Shown here: positions 25,301 to 37,973 of the stretch, in pieces
How positions within the stretch are numbered: the stretch's first letter is position 1
Layout of the letters: each line of letters starts with the position of its first letter
DNA from: Macrostomum hystrix
Taxonomy: Eukaryota > Animalia > Platyhelminthes
Direction: 5' to 3'
Length of the DNA stretch: 64,000 bases
NCBI GenBank assembly: GCA_950097015.1
Contig: CATNEN010000008.1
Coordinates: forward strand, 3,038,001-3,102,000
Made by a program: the position numbers and the translations under genes
Notes under the pieces: model-generated
Seen by the model: only the letters and a program-made list of their open reading frames with translations
Databases searched by the model: none
What the model was told of the DNA's origin: nothing

Positions 25301-27256
25301 CATCTCAATGCTCACTCACTGCATCTCATCCCAATGCTCACCCACTGCATCTCATCCCAATGCCCACCCACTGCATCTCATCCCAATGCCCACCCACTGC
25401 GTCTCATCTCAATGCCCACCCACTGCATCTCATCCCAATGCCCACCCATTGCATCTCATCCCAATGCTCAACCACTGCGTCTCATCCCAATGCCCACCCA
25501 CTGCATGTCATCCCAATGGTCTTGCAACCACTGCATCTCATCCCAATTCCCACCCACTGCATCTCATCCCAATGCCCACCCACTGCATCTCATCCCAATG
25601 CTCACTCACTGCATCTCATCCCAATGCCCACCCACTGCATCTCATCCCAATGCCCACCCACTGCATCTCATCCCAATGCCCACCCACTGCATCTCATCCC
25701 AATGCCCACCCACTGCGTCTCATCTCAATGCCCACCCACTGCATCTCATCCCAATGCCCACCCACTGCATCTCATCCCAATGCTCAACCACTGCGTCTCA
25801 TCTCAATGCTCACCCACTGCATCTCATCCCAATGCCCACCCACTGCATCTCATCCCAATGCCCACCCACTGCGTCTCATCTCAATGCCCACCCACTGCAT
25901 CTCATCCCAATGCCCACCCACTGCATCTCATCCCAATGCTCAACCACTGCGTCTCATCTCAATGCTCACTCACTGCATCTCATCCCAATGCTCACCCACT
26001 GCATCTCATCCCAATGCCCACCCACTGCATCTCATCCCAATGCCCACCCACTGCGTCTCATCTCAATGCCCACCCACTGCATCTCATCCCAATGCCCACC
26101 CATTGCATCTCATCCCAATGCTCAACCACTGCGTCTCATCTCAATGCTCACCCACTGCATCTCATCCCAATGCCCACCCACTGCATCTCATCCCAATGCC
26201 CACCCACTGCATCTCATCCCAATGCCCACCCACTGCGTCTCATCTCAATGCCCACCCACTGCATCTCATCCCAATGCCCACCCACTGCATCTCATCCCAA
26301 TGCCCACCCACTGCATCTCATCCCAATGCTCACTCACTACATCTCATCCCAATGCCCACCCACTGCATCTCATCCCAATGCTCACCCACTGCATCTCATC
26401 CCAATGCTCACTCACTGCATCTCATCCCAATGCTCACCCACTGCATCTCATCCCAATGCTCAACCACTGCAGCTCATCCCAATGCCCACCCACTGCATCT
26501 CATCCCAATGACCGACCACTGCGTCTCATTCCAATACTCACCCACAGCATCTCATCCCAATGCTCACCCATTGCATCTCATCCCGATTCCTAGCCACTGC
26601 CTCTCATCCCAATCATTGAATCCATAAAGTCCGAGAAATTCATATTAAACTTTTCTTTTTTACTCATCTTCAATTACTTTAATTTATGATTATGATTTAT
26701 GATCAAGTGATAAATAAGTGATCCCAGTTTGTTTTCCAAGGTTATCCCAAATCCCAGTTTCCTGTCCCTGATCCAAAGTTTTCCCGAGTTCTAATTCCGG
26801 CCTGGGGATTTTCACATTCGCCGCCCTCCGCAGAAGCTGAACCGGCGCCAGAAAGCCTACGAAGTCATTCGCGACAGTCTCGACCCTGCCGCACGCGAAC
26901 GTCACGAGCGCGTCCTGACGCGAGACTACACCTCCTCGGACGAGGAGGACGGGGCTTCACCGGCCGGATCGCTGCGAGTCCGCCGACTGGCCTGGGAGTC
27001 TGACGACCTGCGCCGGATGAAGCGCGGCCTGGACCAGGTGTTTCGGACACGGCTAGCCGACGACAGGCAGCGCGCCGAGATGGATCGGCTACGGCGAGGC
27101 GACGGCGAAGGAGACGGCGATGGCGAGGATAGCCGCGGCGGCATCTGTAGCACTCGCGGACCGCCCAGCGATTGTCCGGACTGGGCGATGAGGCCAGCAG
27201 GAGATGGCGGTGGCAGCTACCGTGTCGGCGGTAATAGCTCAGTGCTGACTGGCTGA
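19366..27256 (+). CDS. Uncharacterised protein, C14orf93/DUF4616-like, ~432 aa; exons 19366-19956, 20502-20676, 21107-21216, 26834-27256
   Basis: Splice phases 0/1/0 join in frame. Motif order F.LPYS..VN ... LCRRYTRLYFKDTLKRTY ... KLNRR ... DYTSSDEED ... VRRLAWES..L..MK..LD ... S.RGPP..CP.WA matches my recollection of the C14orf93 family. The exon 3 donor is the least certain site, and a small extra exon may be missing. Confidence 0.72.
24028..26620. repeat. 26-bp minisatellite (CCCAATGCYCACYCACTGCATCTCAT), about 100 copies, in intron 3 of the DUF4616-like gene
   Basis: Tandem periodicity; all three + frames are open only because the unit has no stop codons. Confidence 0.97.
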
Positions 27257-28821
27257 GTCCAGTGAGGTTCAGAGGCATGACATCACTATCATGTTGGGTC
27301 GGCTCACTTTCGTCCATTGCTTTGTACTTTTTAGTTTAACTGTTCTTTTTTGTAGCTGATTTCCAGCAATCTTATAAGCATTTTATTCCGTATTTTCTAA
27401 TCCCTATATCTAACGAATCTATTCCCATCTCTATCTAAGAATCCCTACTTTTCCCAACAAGCAAAAAATCCAAATATACCCATTTCAAACCTTAAATCCA
27501 AAATACGAGTTTACATATCTAACATAATAATTGCAGGAGGGTACAGTAGACCTGCAGCCAGCGATGAGGCAACTTTGCCAATTCCGCTGAATTCTTAGTA
27601 CACACGCACACAGATACCGTACATATAAGCAGGCACACGCTCACACAGGTGTGTACATCTGCACTGACTTTCTCATCGTCAGGCTGTGTACACTTTCACT
27701 ATAAACTTTTAATAATGTCCATATCTAACTTGAAATCCTAACTATTCCCATGTTTATATTACCAATTATATAAGTCCCAACTATGCCTATCTCAGATTCT
27801 GAAATCCCAGCTTTGATGGATATCTCAGTCTTAAAATGACTGCCCTCTCTCCTCCCCCCTCTCTTTTTCATGTAAACTTACCGAAAATCGCAAAGTCCCA
27901 CATCCACTAGCTTTTAAAATATCAATTTCCCAAAACTACACCTTCTAAATCCCAGCTTATCTAAGCTAAGTTTCCCAATTGCTAGCATTATTATTAGAAT
28001 CCCTAGCCGGTAATTCTAGTCTCTTTAGAAACCGACTTACACCATCTGTTGCTATCTAGCTGAATATAAAAAAATGCTGGATTAATTTCACTATCACTCC
28101 ATAGGATTTGTACAGTAGCAATCGGCAGTTGTTTTTCAAGCCATATTTAAGTACCGAGATGTTCGGCATTTAGACTCGACCGAGTTTCGCTCGTCAATGC
28201 ATCTCGTTTGCTAATTTCCTTAAGGTTAGTACAGAAATTTAGTCTTCTATATGTAATGCAGTTTGAGCTCTTTAATGTTGGGCAATTTGTAAATGCCTTT
28301 GTGTCGAATAATAGTTCACCTTATTGTAATGTGCCATATCGCTAATCGAATAATCTGTATGGCAATTGCTTATACGAGTATATTGCATTACATAAATTGT
28401 GTTCATTCTAATAATTTTCAAATTTATGTATGTCTATGTTACTATAACGCCATGTTTTTTATCAGAATTATTTTACTGTTATATTTATTGTGCCCTTTTG
28501 TTTGCTGTGTAATACAATCAATCACAAGCCATTTGAAGCGTTAATCCTAGCTTCGTCTGAAAATCGAAGGAATTCAGTTTGTTTTCGCATGTTTTTTATT
28601 GCCGCTGTGTACCTATGCACTGACTTTCTCATATTTGAGCAGTGAGTGAGTGTACTATCGCCTATCGCTGTACCTTGGGTATTGAGCCTCATGGGCGTAA
28701 ATTGCACGACAAGCCGCTGAACTTCAGTAGGTCTCGCAGAGGATTCAGCAAAACTTGTTAAGTGCTTATTAAGAAGATGTGAAATTAAATGTACAAATAC
28801 AATATTAGACTAGTAAGTAAG

Positions 28822-28851
28822 AAGACTGCAGTCTTTTACGTGGGGGCGAAC
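28822..28851 (-). other. 3' terminal signals of copy 1: subTIR (TGGGGGCGAAC on +) and 14-bp perfect palindrome AAGACTGCAGTCTT, 12 nt from the terminal CTAG
   Basis: Read directly; repeated at 41521-41550 in copy 2. Confidence 0.85.
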
Positions 28852-30641
28852 ATAAAGGGATTTCTACTCACTGCTATATTCTTTCCTGCATTTAGATGCA
28901 CAAAAAATGCACAAATTGAATATGCACTTGTTTTAATAAAAGATATTCAAAAATCTCGACGCAAGCCTTTCTGCAAGGCGGTCGTTTTATCAATGAAAAG
29001 AGAAATATCTTTCTCTGAATTGAACCTTTCCCTTTAGGCTCGAATTTAACAAATGTATTCGCGAAAACCAGTGAAGGAACTATGGGTGAATAGAGAAAGA
29101 AAGGTGGCATATGATATAAACAGCATAGTAAAGCATATTTCCCCTTAAATCGCAATTCGCCGTAGAAACAGCTCAAACAGAGGAACAAAATGCTCAATAA
29201 AAGAGTCAAAATCGTTTGGAAGCATTTAGAAGCTATATGGCTGCCTTGTGCCTCTAATCATACACACAACTGCAGTAAACTATGCCAATTTCAAGTTACA
29301 CCACTACACTGCAATTGACGAAACAATGCAACAACTGGACTGCAATCAAGGCAACAATTCAACAAGCGGAGTGCAATCAATGGAATGATTCAACCACTGA
29401 AGTACAATCAAAGCAATTAAATGCAAAAAATGCAAATGGCGCAGCAACATACTCGTATTAATTGCAATCTAAGCAAACGAATGCAACTGACATGTCAACA
29501 AAGGAACGTACGATATGAAATGCAAACAAGCCAGCCATTATTGTTGTTAAAACGAATCCCCCGAAGTACTGGGGCGCGGGTCAGTTCCGAGGAACTCTGC
29601 CGCTTTATTTTTTAATATATTTAATTGGAATTTATTAAAAATATACACGCAATTCGATTTAGATTATTTTATACGAATATTGAAAATAAAAATGAAACAT
29701 AAAACAATAATTCAATATTTGGCAATATTTGGGCACGCATTGGGAGATAAAAGGGAGAACTATACAGGGGGAATCCCGCACAAAGAAGGGATCTAATAAA
29801 AAAGGGAAATCTAAAAGGCATGCATGCAAGATATTAGCCAGCCATTTATTAAACTTGAATGAAATTTCAAATTACTGCATGCAACTGGAATACAATCAGC
29901 GAAATTTACATTATTAAAAAGCAATTCGATTACTTGAAAAGTGGAGGCTATATACACAGCATACAAACAGCAATTAAATGCAATTTACTGCGGACAAACA
30001 ATTAACAATACGGAACATATTAACAAGTTGCATAAATTGTTATCCATTTATTATACGGCAAAATGGCCGTAGCCAATGGTTCTGTTTTTTGCAATAGCAC
30101 TACCAAAGATAAATAAACTATAAGGACAACGCAATTATTGCAATGGCAAGTTGCAATAATGCATAATACCAAGAAACAAGCCTTCTATAAACATCATTCT
30201 ATAGACAAGAGTCCTATCCTTTATTGGTACATTTTTGGCACTGAATACGGAGATGCAGCTGCTTTGGGAACAGCCGCATTTCAATAAATAAGGGGGTGAG
30301 ACAATCTTTTCTAGGGTTGCAGGGCTAACATTTACAGGCTTAACATTACTTAGCTTAGCTTAGCCTACTTAACATAGCTTACTAAATTCCAATGACATTT
30401 GCCACATTCTCCTATAAAATAGGTCAAACATTTCCATGCCTAAGCCAGACACCCAATTACTGAGTAATCCCATCGTGTGCCAATGCTACAACAAAATAGA
30501 GGTAATTTTTTATATTACACTGTGTCCCTAGCAGTTCTTTCGTCGCACTGGCGGCCGACCGACCACGGCAACGCTGGGCACACTGACCCAACTAGCACAC
30601 CTGCCAGGGAATCACATGTCCACAAAACATGAAATGCGAAT

Positions 30642-32326
30642 CTACGGCTCGCTAACGACAGCCTCGTCCGCCCGGCCCTTCTGGGTATCTTCCCGGCCAA
30701 CAGCTGCGGAATCAGGCACAGCCATTTTCAGCAAACGCTCTTGCTCAAACAGCTTTAATCGCACTGACTGAGAATCGCACAGTTTCTGGTAGTGCGAATA
30801 GTCGCATGAACTCACCCGGAGGTCAGCAAGACCACGCACGCGACTAAGCCCGGTGTAAAAGAGGCCTGGCGTCTGCTTTCGCCGCCCACCAGACCCACTA
30901 AGGTCCACGTACGCCTTCCGGAGTGTCAAACCCTGCGACTTGTGCACGGTGATCGCCCAGGCCAGCTTCAACGGCAGCTGCGTGCGAGACACGCTCAGTT
31001 CCCCGTCAGACCAGCTCGCCGTCAGAGGCAGAATCGGCACCACTCCACCGGCGTCACAGTACGATAGATATGCATCACCGGCAGGTGGCCGACAATAGCC
31101 CGGTCCGGTGTAGTCTTCGAACTCAACCCAGACACACTCGGGAACAGCCGGCGAAGACACCCCCGGTGGGAAACAGATGCCCTGCACAATGCCGATTGAC
31201 CCGTTGACCAGGCCACAGGCCACGGAGAGGTTACGCGTCAGCATCACACGACAGCCGACAGCCAGGTAGACGCGCATTGCGAGGCCCGACTCCGAGTCGG
31301 CCGATTCACCGACGGCACCAGCGCCCTTGCAGAGGGCGTTAACCGTGCAGACTGGATTCTCATGGCTGGCAAGCTGGCCCAAGCGGTAGCAATTCTCCTC
31401 GTGAACCGCGGCATTTGTCGAGTACAGATGCGTACAATCCTCGAATCCGTCGCCAAGTGTCTCAGGCACCATCACACGGCATTTCATAATCAGGCTGAAA
31501 TCTTCCATTCTCGCCCGTCCTTCGCGAATTGCCTGCAGGACGTCCGCATAGCGCTGGTCTCCGGCCTGGCGTACCTGAGTAAATGGAGAGAGAGAGAAAA
31601 ATTTGATACAAAATGTATCGATAAATACAGTACATTACGCATTTATCGCATAGTTCACTGTAAACAAAGTAAATACTGAAACAATAAAAACATCAACTGC
31701 AAATAGTAATTCAGCCCACTACTCACTAGCTCGTTGAGGTGAACGACCCTCTTAAAGGACCGGTACGCCAGCCAGCCACGCGTCAGCAGGTTCCGTTTCA
31801 CACCGACGGAACTGGAAGCGTCCTTGCACTTCGGTGTGTTTTCGCTATTCACGTACATCGCAGTGTCCATCACGGGCGGCAGTTGAAACAAATCGCCAAC
31901 CAGGATGACAGACAGGCCACCGAAGTACTCTTCGCGTCGGCCGGGAAAAGCCTGTCGCAGCCGCGCATCCACCATGGCAAGGGTTCTCTGGCCGACCATG
32001 CTGAATTCGTCCACAATAGCATATCGCACAGCTTGCCATTCCGATTGCAACTTGCCCAGCACAACAGAGCCTTCTGGCAGCTCCGCAAACGTCCTCTTGG
32101 TACCGAGTCGCAGCGCCGAATGCAAAGTCTGGCCAGAAATGTTGTGAGCAGCCACACCCGTAGGCGCCATCACTTTGCAGGCCTCACCAAGAAGCTGCCG
32201 AATCAGATGAATGACAAAACTTTTGCCCGTTCCAGCGCTGCCGTACAAAATCACCAACAGCGGTTCACGCGAAGCCACTCCACCAGCGGCGCAGTTGCCA
32301 CCAGCAGAGTAATGCTCCGAAACCAT
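30642..32326 (-). CDS. Helitron PIF1-family (SF1B) helicase, copy 1; exons 32326-31727 and 31574-30642 (510 aa from the ATG at 32326)
   Basis: Motifs GSAGTGKS, APTGVAA, IVDEFSM, GDLFQLPPV, L|VRQ..D, VMLTRN..GLVNG, QLPLKLAWAITVHKSQGLTL, YTGLSRV. A 152-nt GTGAGT..CAG intron restores HLNELVRQAGDQRY. Confidence 0.93.
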
Positions 32327-32335
32327 GTCAAACAG

Positions 32336-35300
32336 TTACCGCTGCCGTGCATTCAGGCCACTCGTGTCCACCGGGGCCTCCTGCTGCTGCCGCTGCACCG
32401 CCGGACCCTTGCAGGCACGAAAGTACTCATGCAGAGCCTTTGCATCCACAATGCCCGGAAACTTGCTAGCAGAAGCGCTCCAGTCAAAGTTTGCCGGCAC
32501 AGGCGGCAGTTGATCCTCCGGCCGTTTAAACTGTTCCGCTGCCGTCTGCCGCGCCCCCAACATGGCCATCCAATCCTCCTGCATATTGTCGGGCCGGCTC
32601 GCGCCAACCACCGATTCCGCTTGCGCCGCTGTCATATCCGGCAATTCGTTCACCTGCACAGCCACTACAGGGTCATCGGCCTCGTCCCGCTGCAACTCGC
32701 CAAGATGGCGAAATCGCAGGGGGCAACTGTCGGCCGGCAGCGCGTCAAATGCCTCGCGCCACGTAGCGTGCGTGCCCTTGGCAGCCTCCACGGTACGCCA
32801 AGACGAATACAACAGCACCTGCTGCTTAAAGTATTCCTCGCGTCGCTCCTCTAACGTATTGTTTGGCCGCAGACCTGGACTGACCACCACTATAGCCTTC
32901 CGTTCTCTCGGCCTCCAGCCGCGGCCGTTTATCCCAGCAGCCTCCCAGTTGCTAAAGAACGCGTGCATGCTGACCGTCTCCAGCTGTTTAGGCCGCTGTG
33001 TGTACTTGTCCAGGCTATTGCGGCAGGAGCCTTGTCGCTCAATCATCCGCATGTCATCCGTCCGGACGTACGCAAATGTCCGGCTGCACTTGTACATTGG
33101 CTGTTGAAGCAGCAAACGGCACACCTCCTGGGCGGAATAGTCCCGGGCAGCAATTGTTGCCATCAAATGCTGCTGCACTACCCGCTTGGCCGTGTCCATC
33201 CTCTGCCTCTCGTCGGCAGCGACTGTGCCCCGCTTGGCCTCTTCCGCTGCCAGCCGGTCAAACAGTGTCTGCAGATGACCGGAGCGCACCTCTCCCTTGC
33301 TAGCGTATTTCACCAGGTAGCGGATTATATTCTTTGCCGAGGAAATCAGCTGCATATCAATGTTGGCACGCCACAGGCAGAGTATCTGCGGATTGTAGGA
33401 GCACCTCTGCGTCTCGTCGCAGAGGTCGTCGTTCCTCTGCGTCTCCACACTGAGGTGCAACCGGGACAACCGTTTTACTTCCGTGCGGTCCCGCAACTCC
33501 TTCGGATATTTGTACCGACACTCCTGCTTGCCCCCCTTCAGGGTACGAAGGCATCGATCGCCGCACTTGCTGTGCCGTTCAATAAGGTGACCCAGCGCCT
33601 GTAGATCCACCCGGTTGTTCGTAATCTCCTCGGGTGCCAGCTTCGAGGGATGCACCGAAATGCCATCCCCATTGGCGATTAGGCCTCCAGTCTCGGAGCC
33701 GTCCAGCGCAGTATTCCAGCTGCAGACATACCTGTCCACGTAGGCGCGTATATTGTCCACCGTCACATTCGCTTCAGTCACATCCAGGCCATCCGGCATC
33801 CAGACGAAACCGTGCACGTGGGGACTACCGCGGCTCTGATATTCAATACGGAACCAGAAATCTTTCACGCCCCAGTGTTCAACCAGAAAGCGACGCAAAA
33901 ATACTTCGAACCGGGTCCAAAATAGTGTATCTCCAATCGCCGGATCACTCTGCAGCCTCTTCAGCAGGTCGGCTTCTTCGCCGGCATCCATCATCTGCCA
34001 GGCGGCACGCAGTTCCGGCCAGTGCGTATCAGCCGCCGACAGGGTCAGAAAGAACTGCGGCAAGCCCAGTAGCATTATCAGGCCCTCGAGCTGCCGCCGC
34101 TTGCTCTCCCAGTAGATTTGCGTGCCTCGCAAATGCATTCCTCTGGCAATCACACTTGCCATGGCGGCCGGATCCTTGAGCTTTTCGCGCATCTCTGCTG
34201 CGTTCAGCTTGCCAATGCCACTGTGCTTCACGAATAACCGGCCCAGTGCCAATGCTCGCCAGCGCATCACCAAATTCTCAATGAAAAATCGAAAACGTGG
34301 ATCCAACCGAAATCTCGGACAACTGTACTGCATCAGATGTCTTGCGTAGTCGCCAATCTGTATCGTATGCTCCCGGGGCATTTTGTACTCGCCACTACCG
34401 TCGGGAAACAGATGCGGAAAGGCCAAGGTAAACAGGCTCTCCTGTTGAAACTCGTTCACCGGCTTACGGCCCACTGTGGGCCATGGCAATTTCTGTTCAA
34501 GCAGTTTCCTTCGAAATGCTTCATCCAGCAGACGAAACGGCGTCTCCATCAGGCCACTAAGCGTTTCCTGTGCAATAGCGTCCTCGATATCCTGTTTGTT
34601 TGCGCGTTCTAGCGCAGCCTTTTCGGCCGCCTCCATTGTCACTCCCTCGGGCAACTCGGATTCGTGCATCTCGCACAAATCTTTCATCGGCCCGTCAACA
34701 GGCAACTCGCTCAGCGCCACGCGGTCCAGCGTAACGGCATACTCCCGAAAGTACGCATTGTGCTTCAGCAGGTAATTCATGGCTTTCAGCACCTTATCCC
34801 GACGAACACGCAGGTTACTCAACGGCGGACCGCCCAGCGATTGCCTCTCACTGCTCCCTCGCTTGCCCTGGAACATCAGGACGACGGGTAGAGTTTTGCG
34901 CGGCAACTCTCTTACAATGTCCGCCTGGTCTTGTGGAAATATTATGCCATGACCACGACTGCACAGCTGTCCTTGTGGAAACAATCGATACACCATCATG
35001 ACACACAACACAGGAGAGATTAGCATCTGTTCTGTCACTGTCAAATCTCGCAATTCCTCCGGCTGCTCACACGGGTTCGCATTATTCTCATCGCTGAATA
35101 GCTTCGGCACGTGTTGATCCTTAATACACCGCTGACAGACCTTGTCATCAGCATTTCGGTAAAACACACCGGGAAACTGTTCCTTGCAGACCCGGCACTT
35201 TCGCAGATTCGTCACAGCAGCGATCGTCTCTTGGTAGCATTCCTTCCGAATATTAAGGAATTGTTCCGTGAAACTATTGCGCAGTACTGCAGGCAGTGAC

Positions 35301-37973
35301 AGATCGCCTTCGTTGACAACCAACTCCTCGATACAGTCAGGTACAGCAGCCTCTTGCCGCTGATTCTCCTGGCTTGTCCGTTCAGTCGCATCTGTCGCCT
35401 GATCGGCGCTCGGAAACAGAATCTTCCGCCGGGCAGATGATTTCGGCTTCGTTGTGCCCTCAGCTGTCCGTGCTCCACCCTGCTGAGCTGAATCATCAGC
35501 TGAAGCAGCGCCACTGTTTCTAGCAGAAATAGCAGACTTTGCAGCCGGTGAATCCACACCGCCATAAACGACGCCTCGAACTTTCCTTGGAGAACGTCGA
35601 ACACCGCCAACAGACCCAGTAGCAGACTGACTGTCGCTCTCTCCGCCGCTCTCTGACACCGTTGTCGGGTCTCGCTGCCTTCGCTTCCTAGGTGACGACG
35701 GCTCTGCAGCGCCAGAGGTCGCAGTCTCAGAATGTACACAGCTGCCGCTCTCTGCGTCTGATAAGTCCAAGTCAACATTACAAGCTGCTAGAATTGGCCT
35801 CGAATCCTCGGCAGTCAACTCAGCAGCCTCGCCATCAGTCATCAGAGGCTTCTTCAGGGGGGATCGGTGTGCCGCCGTGTTACTATCGGGCGAGCCAGCA
35901 CTGCTTGCTGTACGCTTTTTTGGTGACCCAACTGACGCATTTGACGTCACTTCTTGCTTTTTCACAGGGCGAGAGTCCAGCTTTCTTGGCCTTCCCCGGC
36001 CTCGAACCTTGCTGCTCGCGACGGGCAAGCATTCGTGAACAACTGGCGCCGCAGGCGGCGGCATCAAGTGTCGGTCTTCAGCTACCACCGTCAGAGCACT
36101 GTAGTGCTCGTTCACCAGCTGCAGACGCACGGTAGCAGCAGGTTTGCCTTTGCACGGGCAATACTGCAGCCGAACACCATTTGGGCCATAGATATAAATT
36201 TCCACTCCCAATATGTAACCGACAACAGGAGGAATTTCGTCAGGAACGTCTTGTCCTTCCGTAAAGCAGTTCAAAAGAATATTGTCAATGTCCCCAAAAA
36301 TGCGACCATCCTTGTGCCATTCACTCAGCATAGCATATGCCTCGGTAGCTACTCGTTCTCGCAGGTTTACGAAGTTCGTCTCCAACGGCGTACCTAGCAG
36401 CTGTTGACACACTGCATGGAAGAAACAATTGCCGTCTCCATCAATTCGGATAACGCGGCAATCTTCCCATGGGATCCACGTTGGCTCTGAATCTCCGTTC
36501 AAATTCGGCACCAGTTCAGCAGCTGCAGCCACTTGTACGCCTGATAAATAGGTACATATGTTATCGGCGCAATGTAGGCGACTTGCTTTGACTTAGCGGC
36601 AGGGGGCCTCCATGACGGACGCAGCGAGAATGTAGGCGACAGATTTGAACTTAAATGTAAAACGTTTGTTCAGCACAACAATGTAATAAAAATTCGTCCA
36701 CTTTCGAATAAGGAATTATTTTGGCTAATATTAAACTTTCAGCCTGTTAGCTAAGATTGACAGCTAATGCAGCAGTTGAGGAGAAAAATATAATATGCGT
36801 TCAGACCATAAACCTTTTCCATTCCATAGAAACATACTTACTGTATAATATTCTCTGTCATCAATCACGAAAATGCCCATTCTCTATCAAATATGCTCAA
36901 ATACAAGTAATAACTAAATACGTACCATTTGACGCAAGCACATCAATAGCCGGTTGCGACACGTTGTCTTGCTGGCAACCCACTCCATCATCCAAGCCCA
37001 AGTCGACCGCAAAGGCTGCTACCGCTGGTTCCGAGACCGGTAATTCGATGCTTGATCGCGACTCAACTGCCTGCTGACGTTTTCGGCGCGCACATTCCTT
37101 GCGCGGCTTCGATGCGGCACCAGCGGCTTTGCCAGACGCCCCACGGATGTCAGCTGGGATCCTTCCTTCCGGATTGCCTACAGCTGTGGACACATTCGAA
37201 CGTGCGCTAGCTCTAGAAGACGCTCTCGAGCTTGAAGAACTGTGCGACAATTCCTCGTTGCAACATGCGCATCGCGTAATGCGCCTGATCCGACTGGATC
37301 TTTGGAGCCCACCATCCGCAACCGACGCACAGTCCAGGGACAATGACGATCCACAGTCGCTGATGACACTGCTGTCCATGGCCTCTGGTACGACCTCCGC
37401 CTCGTTCACCTCAGACAGGCAGTCCCACCGATTTGCCACGGCAACTCCAGAGTGGACGACAACCTGTCTTGGCTTCTCTGCCGCGGTGGCCGACACGGGC
37501 TTGCTCTTCCTCGGTATGCCCAGCCTGGATGTAACTGGACGCCAGCTGTCCGTCTGTTGAAGCGGATTGGGCGATTCCTCAGTGCTCCTTTTCGAAGCAG
37601 CTCCTACTTCACTTGACACCGGAGGCACTTGCTTCGAGGAAGAATCGCCCAATGCAGCGGCACCAGCAGGCCCACGTGCAGCCAACTTCCGCTGCTTTGA
37701 CGGCCGGCCGCGACTACGAATTGGAGCACGGATGTCACTGCTCGTCCTGTGATATGAAAGTAACAATACTAAATTAGTACATCACTAATATCACCAAATA
37801 AAGAGAGAGAGAGAGAGAGAGAGACAGGATGGGAATTTCTTTGATGGGATTTCCACACATGGAATTGCAATGGATTGGAGAACTACTCACACATCAGTAC
37901 TCCTGACAGACACATCATCATGCAGCTTGTCAGGCTTGCATGATGTTTCACTTGCTGTGTTGCATGCTGCCAT
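32336..37973 (-). CDS. Helitron OTU-Rep protein, copy 1; exons 37973-37891, 37746-36926, 36540-32336 (1702 aa to the TAA)
   Basis: OTU motifs IDGDGNCFFHA and NEHY; AT-hook-like RGRP motifs; CxxC..CxxC finger; DUF6570-like segment; Rep motifs FFLTLSAAD..W, EYQSRGSPHVHG, YLVKYASK, RDYSAQE. The two 5' introns (phase 2 and phase 1) have GT-AG ends and join in frame. The 5' exons are less certain than the main ORF. Confidence 0.88.
37803..37824. repeat. (GA)11 microsatellite in Rep intron 1; it is (GA)12 at 50502-50525 in copy 2
   Basis: Direct count; accounts for the offset change from 12699 to 12701. Confidence 0.9.

Noticed and set aside
24030-26627. Three overlapping 809-865-aa ORFs
   Set aside because: Translation of a stop-free 26-bp minisatellite in all three frames, inside an intron; no coding signal.
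31362-36397. Plus-strand ORFs of up to 371 aa overlapping RepHel (also in copy 2)
   Set aside because: Antisense shadows of a GC-rich coding strand with no recognisable motifs.
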